Translations under genes and position numbers: made by a program
Part shown: positions 1-7,918 of the stretch, one piece after another
Layout of the letters: every line of letters starts with the position of its first letter
Numbering within the stretch: the first letter of the stretch is position 1
Source: Planctomycetes bacterium RIFCSPLOWO2_12_FULL_40_19
GTDB lineage: Bacteria; Planctomycetota; Brocadiia; Brocadiales; Scalinduaceae
Length of the DNA stretch: 24,000 bases
Direction: 5' to 3'
NCBI GenBank assembly: GCA_001828595.1
Contig: MHZA01000119.1
Location: 8,930 to 32,929, forward strand
The notes under the pieces: generated by a model
Told to the model about the DNA's origin: nothing
The model's database searches: none
Seen by the model: only the letters and a program-made list of their open reading frames with translations

Positions 1-577
1 CAGTCTCGGCAATTCTTTGAGCTTCTTCCTCTAAGGTCATATATACGTGATAATTGGGATTACTACTTTCCATTTCAGATAAACGTAATTGTAACTGGCC
101 GCTAATTGTGGTTAACGGATTGTTGATTTCATGAGCAACCCTTAATGCCAGATGTTCTATTGATTTGCGATCTTCAGATGATTCTTTTAAGATGCTTCCG
201 TTATGACTGATTCTATCCAGAAATTTGCGAATAATGGCAAGTAATTCATTTATATAAAAAGGTTTTAAAATATAACAATCGGCTCCTCGTTCGAGAGATT
301 TAATAGCTTTTTCCCGATTCGCATAAGAGAAAGAGATTAAGATGAACAGCTTCGGGTTAATCTTTCTTGCAACATCAAAAAACTCCATCTCTTTTAATTC
401 CAGATCATCTATATCAAGAATAATAACGTCCATTCTGCTTCCGGCAACCGTAGCTATTGCCTGAAATACACTTGTTTCGGTAAAAACATTGTATCCTTTA
501 TTCTCCAGGAGCTTTACCGCTGCCCTCATATTTTCATCTTCTCTGAATACGGCTAAAATCTTATGGTTAATTGACAT
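1..577 (-). CDS. Hybrid signalling protein: N-terminal response-regulator receiver domain followed by HisKA phosphoacceptor domain (3' end truncated by the window edge)
   Basis: Absent from the ORF track because it runs off the window. The reverse complement reads MSINHKILAVFREDENMRAAVKLLENKGYNVF...RMDVIILDIDDLELKEMEFF...CYILKPF, with receiver hallmarks: acidic pocket, phospho-Asp context, conserved Lys in KPF. An H-box RVAHEINNPLTTISGQLQL follows. The ATG at 577-575 is 1 nt downstream of the stop of the preceding kinase gene. Confidence 0.75.
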   Translation of the reverse strand, partial: MSINHKILAVFREDENMRAAVKLLENKGYNVFTETSVFQAIATVAGSRMDVIILDIDDLELKEMEFFDVARKINPKLFILISFSYANREKAIKSLERGADCYILKPFYINELLAIIRKFLDRISHNGSILKESSEDRKSIEHLALRVAHEINNPLTTISGQLQLRLSEMESSNPNYHVYMTLEEEAQRIAET

Positions 578-578
578 T

Positions 579-1598
579 TCAGGAAAGTTTATCCTGGCCG
601 GCACAACATATTGGCAATATTATAGAAACCACTGTTCCCCCGCCTATCTTACTATCTATATCTATAGACCCGCCAAATTCTTTGATAATGGTTTTACATA
701 CTGACAGTCCCAGGCCTGAACCCTTGCCGTCAGCTTTAGTAGTATAAGTAGAGTAAAACAATTTGTTTAATTGATCTTTGCCGATGCCACACCCTGTATC
801 ACGAAACTGAATCAAAACTGAACCATCATGGATAAGATTAGTATTTAAATAAATAGTCCCGCCATTTGGCATGGCTTCTCTTGCATTTTGCATCACGTTA
901 AGAAAAACCTGCTTCAATCTGTTACAGTCTCCAAACATCTCTATTTCAGATGGTAATATATTATTTATTATCTCAATATTTTCATTCTTCATTGTATATC
1001 CAATCATAATTACTACGTCCTCGATTACCTGGCCTATATCAAAGACTTTTTTTGATCTTGGAGTTTGTTTTGTAAATTCAAGCAGACTATTTGCTAAATT
1101 AGCGATACGTTCAAACTCTCTGATAAGAGTCTCATAGGTCTTTTTTTTGGGGTCAGTATCTTGTGTTTCAACAAGAAATATCTGCAACCATCCCGACACG
1201 TATGCCAGAGGGTTGTTAATTTCATGGGCAATACCGGGAACTATTTTCCCCAGACAAGATACTTTATTCAGAAACTGTGTATAGTTTTGTCCTTCATAAT
1301 CTTTTTCTACCAGAATATGCAATCCGGATACATCCCCTTTCTCGTCATAAGAAGGAGATACAGATATTTTTTTCCCGGATTCGCATAATCTGAAAATTTT
1401 AGGATTTTCTTCTTCTACCCTGCGAGATTCCTCAACCGGTATCGAAAAAGTATCGTACCACTTCGCCCCAATTAAACTGGAATCCAAATCGCCATTATTA
1501 TGACTCACTGACCTTATAATTCCATCTCTGTCAGTCACAACAATCCCAAACATATTCTCAATCTCAAACATAAAGCGTGAAACCTCACATTTATTCAA
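579..1598 (-). CDS. Cytoplasmic sensor histidine kinase (PAS-like N-terminus, HisKA, HATPase_c)
   Basis: 339-aa ORF. H-box GIAHEINNPLAYVSGWLQ; N-box VFLNVMQNAREAM; G-boxes RDTGCGI and GSGLGLSVCKTIIKEFGGSI. No hydrophobic transmembrane segment. Confidence 0.9.
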   Translation of the reverse strand: MNKCEVSRFMFEIENMFGIVVTDRDGIIRSVSHNNGDLDSSLIGAKWYDTFSIPVEESRRVEEENPKIFRLCESGKKISVSPSYDEKGDVSGLHILVEKDYEGQNYTQFLNKVSCLGKIVPGIAHEINNPLAYVSGWLQIFLVETQDTDPKKKTYETLIREFERIANLANSLLEFTKQTPRSKKVFDIGQVIEDVVIMIGYTMKNENIEIINNILPSEIEMFGDCNRLKQVFLNVMQNAREAMPNGGTIYLNTNLIHDGSVLIQFRDTGCGIGKDQLNKLFYSTYTTKADGKGSGLGLSVCKTIIKEFGGSIDIDSKIGGGTVVSIILPICCAGQDKLS

Positions 1599-1638
1599 TA
1601 CAGAGATAATACCAGAGCCGAATTCGTTAATATTTTAG

Positions 1639-1714
1639 ATGCACAGAGAATGACAGACTCTACCCTAATAGTTTTGTATTGGGTTTTATTATGTTTTCTG
1701 TATTCTCTGTGCAT
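1639..1714. repeat. 13-bp perfect inverted repeat (ATGCACAGAGAAT / ATTCTCTGTGCAT) separated by 50 nt, in the murB-kinase intergenic region
   Basis: Read directly: 1639-1651 is the exact reverse complement of 1702-1714. Confidence 0.6.
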
Positions 1715-1735
1715 TTTATATGTGATAAAAAATGA

Positions 1736-2623
1736 TTACCAAATCTGTATTTCTTGTTCCAGCGAGACATTGTATTTCTTCTTAATAGTTTCTTTAATTA
1801 TCTTTATGAGTTCAAGTATATCAGCACTGGTAGCATTTCCTGTGTTTACTATGAAATTTGCATGTTTTTCTGAAACAATAGCGCCCCCTACTTTCTGCCC
1901 TTTAAGATTTGCCTTTTCAATGAGTTCCGCTGCTTTATAGTGTTGTGTATTTTTAAATATGCTACCGGCACTAAATGTTGATAAAGGTTGTTTTTCCTTC
2001 TTTTCTTTATATATTTTGCTCATCTTTTCAAGAACTTCTTCTTTTCTTGATTCCTTAAGTGCGAATTCCACTTTAACAACTACTTGTTTGCTAAGATTAC
2101 ACCCACGATATGCAAACTCAACATCTTCACGATTATGTTTTGTGATTTTCCCATCAAAAGTCATTGTAGTCAGGGAACTTATTGTTTCGCTTATATCACC
2201 GTATTTCCCTCCGGCATTCATCATTACTGCGCCGCCTACAGTACCCGGAATCCCCACTAATACTTCCAAACCTCCCAACCCACATAAGGCCGTCTTCCGA
2301 ATAAGTTGAGGAAGATACACACCAGCCCCGGCTGACACAAATTTCTCATTCCTTTCTATCTTTCTGAAGTTAACTCCACCCAGGCGAATCACCACGCCTT
2401 TAACACCATTATCGTTAACAAGGAGGTTTGTTCCATTTCCAAAAATGAATACCTTCTTCCGCTCATCTTTACAGAATTGGAGCACTTTCTTAAGCTCTGA
2501 CATGTCCCCCGGCTCCACAAATATTTCCGCTGTGCCTCCTGTTCTGAAAGAAGTATATCTTTGCAGGGGCACATCATACCTGAATATTTCGTCAATAATT
2601 TCCGGACTGCTAATCATGTTCAT
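1736..2623 (-). CDS. murB: UDP-N-acetylenolpyruvoylglucosamine reductase
   Basis: 295 aa. FAD-binding N-terminus (FRTGGTAE, GNGTNLL) and catalytic-region motif SAGSIFKN. Lies last in the dcw cluster and overlaps murC by 14 nt. Confidence 0.95.
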   Translation of the reverse strand: MNMISSPEIIDEIFRYDVPLQRYTSFRTGGTAEIFVEPGDMSELKKVLQFCKDERKKVFIFGNGTNLLVNDNGVKGVVIRLGGVNFRKIERNEKFVSAGAGVYLPQLIRKTALCGLGGLEVLVGIPGTVGGAVMMNAGGKYGDISETISSLTTMTFDGKITKHNREDVEFAYRGCNLSKQVVVKVEFALKESRKEEVLEKMSKIYKEKKEKQPLSTFSAGSIFKNTQHYKAAELIEKANLKGQKVGGAIVSEKHANFIVNTGNATSADILELIKIIKETIKKKYNVSLEQEIQIW

Positions 2624-4181
2624 TTTCGAGGCCGCTTTTTAGACCATGAGCAGCTTTCCATATATCACCTGCGCCCAGGATCATAATAATATCATCTCTT
2701 TTCACACGTAACCGTAAGCTGTCTACAATCTCAGAGATACTTTTAATACATTCAACATCACCGCCTCTCTCCTGCAATTCACGTTTAAGATCCAGCGAAC
2801 TAACGGAAGCCCTTTCTATATCCGAATCTCTTGCAGCGTAAATGTCAGCAATGATTACTTTGTCAGCGAGTGTGAGCGCCACAGCAAATTCTTTCAGAAG
2901 AAGTTTTGTGCGATTATGTTGATGCGGCTGAAACACGCACCAAATCCGTTGTGAAGGGTAGATCGACCTTGCAGTTTTCAACGTTGTTCTGATTTCTGTG
3001 GGATGGTGGGCAAAATCATCAATAATTGTAATCCCATTCTTACTACTGATGGTTTGAAAACGTCTGCTTACGCCATTAAATGATGCCAACGCTTTTTTTA
3101 CAATCTCTCCATTTAAACCTATATAATTACAAACGGATATTGCAGCAAGTGCATTTGACACATTGTGCAATCCAGGTGTCTTGAGACAGAAGTCGCCAAA
3201 ATACTTCCCTTCATTAAATACACCAAAATTACTTATCTCCTTGTCTGAATAATATACGACAGCAAGCCATTGTGAGCCAGATTCAAGATATGCTTTACCA
3301 AAGGAATCATCAATCATTGGCAATCTATCAGAATAAGTTTGCAGGGTTGAAGTTTTTTGGACAGGAATTCCCTTATTGAGTAAGTCAGATGCCGCAGTAA
3401 TTGAGTAGCTTTCAACCTTGCATTTCGCACCCTTAACAACCTTCCTTATATTTGTGTCATCATTATTTATAACAAGTAAACCGTCTTCCGGTATTAAGGA
3501 TACAAACTCTGTAAAAGCATCCGTTATCCCGTCTATATCTTTATAGTAATCCAGATGGTCTTCTTCGATATTAGTGATTACGCCTATCTGAGGCGTCAGG
3601 TTCAGGAACGTCCTGTCATATTCACATGCCTCAGCAATAAAATAACTTCCTTTGCCGACACAAGAACTACCGCCGATCTCTGCAACATTACCACCTATTA
3701 CAAAGGTAGGTTCATGGCCGGTCTTTTTTAATATCGTAGAAATCATTGCGGTTGTAGTGGTCTTGCCATGTGTACCGCTTACGGCAACACCGTATTTCCC
3801 TTTCATTAATGAACCTAAAAACTCAGAATATTTAACGACCCTTAATCCCAATGTCCTTGCCTTTCTAAGGTCAGGATTGTTTTCATTGATGGCGGCTGAA
3901 GTTATCACCAGGTTTGTTTCCGGATTAAGACCTTCGCCATCCTGTTTTGTGTTAATGCTGGCACCCAATTCACCAAGCTCCTGAGTTATCGGAGAACATT
4001 CCATATCTGAACCGGATACAATATAACCTTCGTTTATCAAAATCTTGGCAATCGCACTCATACCTGCGCCACCAATACCAATAAAGTAAATGTACTTCCC
4101 ATAATCATTGCTGTAATCAATAAGACCCTGACAGTGTTGATTATTTATTCCCTGATAATGTTCTTGTGAAGCAAGGCTCAT
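2610..4181 (-). CDS. murC: UDP-N-acetylmuramate--L-alanine ligase
   Basis: 523 aa. GIGGAGMSAIA Rossmann-like N-terminus, P-loop GTHGKTTTT, C-terminal DDFAHHPTEI. dcw context. Confidence 0.95.
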   Translation of the reverse strand: MSLASQEHYQGINNQHCQGLIDYSNDYGKYIYFIGIGGAGMSAIAKILINEGYIVSGSDMECSPITQELGELGASINTKQDGEGLNPETNLVITSAAINENNPDLRKARTLGLRVVKYSEFLGSLMKGKYGVAVSGTHGKTTTTAMISTILKKTGHEPTFVIGGNVAEIGGSSCVGKGSYFIAEACEYDRTFLNLTPQIGVITNIEEDHLDYYKDIDGITDAFTEFVSLIPEDGLLVINNDDTNIRKVVKGAKCKVESYSITAASDLLNKGIPVQKTSTLQTYSDRLPMIDDSFGKAYLESGSQWLAVVYYSDKEISNFGVFNEGKYFGDFCLKTPGLHNVSNALAAISVCNYIGLNGEIVKKALASFNGVSRRFQTISSKNGITIIDDFAHHPTEIRTTLKTARSIYPSQRIWCVFQPHQHNRTKLLLKEFAVALTLADKVIIADIYAARDSDIERASVSSLDLKRELQERGGDVECIKSISEIVDSLRLRVKRDDIIMILGAGDIWKAAHGLKSGLENEHD

Positions 4182-4210
4182 TTTTCTCTGTACAGTTTAT
4201 TGTTTAAATT

Positions 4211-4258
4211 ACGACGAAGCTCGTCACGCCTCCGGCTCCCACGCAGAGTGTGGGAACA
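4211..4258. repeat. GC-rich double-hairpin island in the murG-murC spacer
   Basis: GACGA-agc-TCGTC (4213-4225) and TCCCAC-gcagagt-GTGGGA (4237-4255), in an otherwise AT-rich 100-nt spacer. Confidence 0.45.
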
Positions 4259-4281
4259 AGAAAGTTTTCCGGCATTTCTAT

Positions 4282-5439
4282 CTAAGCAGGGCGAGCGAAA
4301 CTAACTAATTTTTTTTTAGTTTTCTTCGCTTCAAGAGTCTGACATATTTTATCTACAACCTTTTCTGCCGCAAAAGGCCTGCTTAAGCCTCTGTTTATTT
4401 TCTTCATATTATTCAGCTTTTCATCGTTCAAAAGTAAATCTGATACTAATTCTGTAAGTCTTTCAGGCTTCAATTCATCCTGCTTTATGATCAGGGCGCC
4501 TCCTATCCTGGCCAGTTCATAAGCATTCCAATATTGATGGTTATCAGTCGCATACGGGTAGGGTATAAGGATTGCCGGAATGCCTACTGCAGATATTTCT
4601 GCAATAGTATTTGCACCGGCACGACAAATAACCAGATCAGCCAATCTATAAGCAATACCTATTTCACTGGAAAATTCGGAAACAAAAGAATTTATCCCCA
4701 GATTATCATAAGCATCTTTCACCTCTTTGTATCCTTCTTTTCCGGTTAGATGGATTATTTGCAAACCCGGAATCAATGCCTTAAGCTTTGGAATACTTTG
4801 CAATAATACTTTATTTATAGCCTGAGAGCCCTGACTACCGCCCATTACCAGCAATGTCTTGCCTTGAGAAGCCAGACCAAATGGATTTTTGACAACCTCT
4901 GTTTCATTTTCTACAATACCACTCCGTATCGGTATGCCGGTAACACTGACAGAACCCGCCTTCCCGCCTGTACCTATTCGGGCAGGTTTAAACCTGTTTT
5001 TCGTACTTTCCCAATGGCACAGAATAGCATCCGCCCACCTTGACATTATTAAATTAGCTCTTCCGGGTATAACATTTTGTTCTATCAAGACAATGGGGAC
5101 ACCGATAACATACGCTGCTACCACAGGCAAAGCCGAACCATAACCTCCCAAACCAATGATTATGTCCGGTTTAATTCTTACAATATTAATCATGGAATGT
5201 ATTATCCCGATTAAAGAAACAAAGATAAAGAGAGGCAAGCGGATAAACGATGTTAACTTACATGCCTCAATTTGTTTAAACTCATAGCTGCTCTTTCCTA
5301 TGTACCCTGATTCGCCTTTTTTATTTGTACCAAAGAAGATTATGTGCGCACCGGGAAATCTGGATGATATTTCCTGTGCTATACTCAGGCCGGCCATTAA
5401 ATGCCCACCCGTACCTCCACCGGCAAAGATGACTTTCAA
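4282..5439 (-). CDS. murG: Undecaprenyldiphospho-muramoylpentapeptide beta-N-acetylglucosaminyltransferase
   Basis: 385 aa. N-terminal GGGTGGH and central GGSQGS motifs. TTG start at 5439 overlaps the ftsW TGA stop (TTGA). Confidence 0.95.
   Translation of the reverse strand: MKVIFAGGGTGGHLMAGLSIAQEISSRFPGAHIIFFGTNKKGESGYIGKSSYEFKQIEACKLTSFIRLPLFIFVSLIGIIHSMINIVRIKPDIIIGLGGYGSALPVVAAYVIGVPIVLIEQNVIPGRANLIMSRWADAILCHWESTKNRFKPARIGTGGKAGSVSVTGIPIRSGIVENETEVVKNPFGLASQGKTLLVMGGSQGSQAINKVLLQSIPKLKALIPGLQIIHLTGKEGYKEVKDAYDNLGINSFVSEFSSEIGIAYRLADLVICRAGANTIAEISAVGIPAILIPYPYATDNHQYWNAYELARIGGALIIKQDELKPERLTELVSDLLLNDEKLNNMKKINRGLSRPFAAEKVVDKICQTLEAKKTKKKLVSFARPA
4963..4988. repeat. 26-nt GC-rich module CCCGCCTGTACCTATTCGGGCAGGTT inside murG, identical to the reverse complement of 21430-21455
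   Basis: Exact 26/26 match verified base by base. It is translated in frame in murG as KPARIGTGG. Confidence 0.7.
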
Positions 5440-6698
5440 GTAACAAAACTCCTATTATCCGCAACAGGACATGCTGAATCGTCAGCATTTTCTGATTGCT
5501 TCGCAATATTTAAAAGGATTCCTACTCCCAGCAACGATAATAATATTGATGAACCTCCCGTACTGATAAATGGTAATGGAAGCCCTTTTGTAGGTATAGA
5601 ACCGGTAACAACAGCAATATTTATAGCCGCCTGTAAGGCAATTGAGACCGTTATCCCTAATGCAAGAAAGAAGCCAAACACATCTGGCGCCGCTTTACAG
5701 ACTCTTATACCCTGCCATGCAAATAAAGCAAACATAATGATAATACATGTCGTTCCTATAAAACCAAATTCCTCACCTATTATCGAAAAAATAAAATCAT
5801 TATCACTCATCGGCAGGAAGAACAATTTCTGACGACTCTCTCCCAACCCTAAACCTGTTATTCCCCCGGAACCAAGTGAAATCCATGATTGTATAATCTG
5901 ATAACCAATTCCCATAGGGTCTTTCCAGGGATCAAGAAATGCGAGTAGCCTGTTGTGCTGATAAGTTGGAGGCTTATGCATAATCTGATAAATATGAGGA
6001 ATTGAAGCGATTATTGTGAAGATCACATAAATTATCCTGGTGCCTCCCGCCATTATCAGCATAAATGAGACCGCTGTTATAAACATAGACGTACCAAAAT
6101 CCGGTTCCTTTAAGATAAGCAGGGAAACAACACCTATTAATATAACCGGACCGACGAAACCCTTTGCGAAGGTTGCCATCTTTTCCAGGTTCTTTGCTAT
6201 ATAACCTGACATAAAGATAATCATTGCAAGTTTGGCAAATTCTGACGGCTGGTATCCAAAATAGCTTCCAAATCTTATCCATCTACGCGCACCATGAGAA
6301 ATCTTTCCTATTTCGGGAATAAGCACAACAACCAAACCGGCAAGCGCAGCGATGAAGATCACCATACTGTATCTTTGCAAATAATGATAATCAGTTCTCA
6401 TCATGATCAACATACCTGTTATTGCAATGATTACCCACGCAACGTGCTTGAGGAAAGTAATGTTCATTGGATTCACATCTTCGGCTGTTTTTGCCGAGCT
6501 GGTACTGTATATCATAATTATCCCGATTACGAGTAAAGTTATAACAATATACATTATGACATTTGCCGGCTCTAAACTACGGATTGCAGTTCTGTTGAAA
6601 TCTTCAGTCTGGTAAGATTGCATATCTTTAGCGTAATTTGTATTAATTGCAGACAGGTTCTTCAAGGCATTCATAATTTTAAAGTTATTAAGCTGCAA
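5436..6698 (-). CDS. ftsW: SEDS-family peptidoglycan glycosyltransferase / cell division protein FtsW
   Basis: 420 aa, polytopic membrane protein. SEDS motifs QPSEFAKLAMI and LPLPFISTGGSS. Position between mraY and murG. An alternative start (ATG 6674-6672) forms an ATGA overlap with the mraY stop and may be the true start. Confidence 0.9.
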   Translation of the reverse strand: MQLNNFKIMNALKNLSAINTNYAKDMQSYQTEDFNRTAIRSLEPANVIMYIVITLLVIGIIMIYSTSSAKTAEDVNPMNITFLKHVAWVIIAITGMLIMMRTDYHYLQRYSMVIFIAALAGLVVVLIPEIGKISHGARRWIRFGSYFGYQPSEFAKLAMIIFMSGYIAKNLEKMATFAKGFVGPVILIGVVSLLILKEPDFGTSMFITAVSFMLIMAGGTRIIYVIFTIIASIPHIYQIMHKPPTYQHNRLLAFLDPWKDPMGIGYQIIQSWISLGSGGITGLGLGESRQKLFFLPMSDNDFIFSIIGEEFGFIGTTCIIIMFALFAWQGIRVCKAAPDVFGFFLALGITVSIALQAAINIAVVTGSIPTKGLPLPFISTGGSSILLSLLGVGILLNIAKQSENADDSACPVADNRSFVT

Positions 6699-7765
6699 AG
6701 CGCCATTATTGCGGCGATTATAAAAAATCTCATTGTAATTTTTGTTTCCGGCCAGCCTTTAAATTGAAAATGATGATGAATGGGAGCACATAGAAACAGC
6801 CTCCTTCTAAACATCTTGAATACGACAACCTGTAATAAGACTGAAACAGCTTCTACAATAAATATACTGCCTATAAAGAAAATAAGGAGTTCCTGTTTCA
6901 CAATAATAGCTATAATTCCAAGTATGCCTCCCAGTGGCAATGAACCCACATCTCCCATAAACGTCTGTGCGGGATAGCAATTAAACCACATAAAACCCAA
7001 TCCGGCGCCCACTAATGCAGAGCAGAAAATACTTAATTCACCAGCGCCTGATATATATGGAACATTTAAATATGCGCTAAAGTCAACCCGTCCCACGATA
7101 TAGGTTATCAAAGTAAAGGCAAGACCGGCGATGACCGTACATCCAATCGCCAATCCATCAAGACCGTCAGTAATATTGACTGCGTTGGACATTCCCACCA
7201 GAAAGAACATTACCATCAACACATAAAATGCCCCCAGGTCAGGCCTTGCTTCTTTGAAGAATGGTATTACAAGTTTTGTCCCCTCGTCAATATTCTGGAA
7301 ATGAAAGTACAATACCAAACCAATTATTAATCCCAGTCCACATTGGAAGAGGAGTTTTGATGTACTGGTTAACCCTGATGAATGACTTTGCGTCAGTTTT
7401 ATATAATCATCAAAAAACCCAAGTATACCAAGCCAAACAGCCGTAAACAATACCATTAAGACATATATGTTAAGAATATTACACCAGAGCAAGGTGGAAA
7501 TAATAATTGCAATTAATATGATGATACCACCCATTGTGGGTACGTTTTTCTTGTATTTGTGAAGATCCTTTAATCTTTCAGAATCTGTTTTTGAAGTATC
7601 CTCCGAAACCTTGTGTCTTTTAAGTATCTTTATTACCTGTGATCCTATAAGCACGCTTATTAAAAAAGCAGTTATAGCAGCAAGGCCTGCTCTAAATGAT
7701 ATATATCTTATTAATTCAAACCCCTGAAAATAATCATGAAGGGGATAAATCCATTTATAAAACAA
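6671..7765 (-). CDS. mraY: Phospho-N-acetylmuramoyl-pentapeptide transferase
   Basis: 364 aa. Motifs NAVNITDGLDGLA, GDVGSLPLGG, APIHHHF. TTG start at 7765 preceded by GGAG about 7 nt upstream. Confidence 0.95.
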   Translation of the reverse strand: MFYKWIYPLHDYFQGFELIRYISFRAGLAAITAFLISVLIGSQVIKILKRHKVSEDTSKTDSERLKDLHKYKKNVPTMGGIIILIAIIISTLLWCNILNIYVLMVLFTAVWLGILGFFDDYIKLTQSHSSGLTSTSKLLFQCGLGLIIGLVLYFHFQNIDEGTKLVIPFFKEARPDLGAFYVLMVMFFLVGMSNAVNITDGLDGLAIGCTVIAGLAFTLITYIVGRVDFSAYLNVPYISGAGELSIFCSALVGAGLGFMWFNCYPAQTFMGDVGSLPLGGILGIIAIIVKQELLIFFIGSIFIVEAVSVLLQVVVFKMFRRRLFLCAPIHHHFQFKGWPETKITMRFFIIAAIMALCSLITLKL

Positions 7766-7783
7766 TTTTTTCTCCGGAACAGC

Positions 7784-7817
7784 TCAAAAACACTAATTAA
7801 ACTAACTTAATTAGTGT
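7784..7817 (-). terminator. AT-rich stem-loop (ACACTAATTAA-actaac-TTAATTAGTGT) followed by a T-run on the minus strand, just upstream of the mraY RBS
   Basis: 11-bp perfect stem at 7790-7800 / 7807-7817. The minus strand continues TTTTGAG. The stem is weak (all A/T except 3 bp), so terminator or attenuator function is tentative. Confidence 0.3.
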
Positions 7818-7918
7818 ATGTGATTTCAAACTAAACTCAGCAATGTGTTATTACTTTCTTTCTTCTTCAAAAAATAACTCTCGATTTGGTGCAAAACGTG
7901 CTTAAGCTTCATTTTTCT

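Noticed and set aside
5401-5832. 143-aa plus-strand ORF, and similar long antisense ORFs at 13037-13450, 17783-18178, 20499-21011, 1959-2309 and 3652-3984
   Set aside because: Each lies entirely antisense to a gene with unmistakable conserved motifs (ftsW/murG, rsmH/ftsL, plsC, sugar dehydrogenase, murB, murC). Their translations are low-complexity and Ser/Pro/Ile/Phe-rich, with no motifs. They are shadow ORFs typical of AT-rich genomes.
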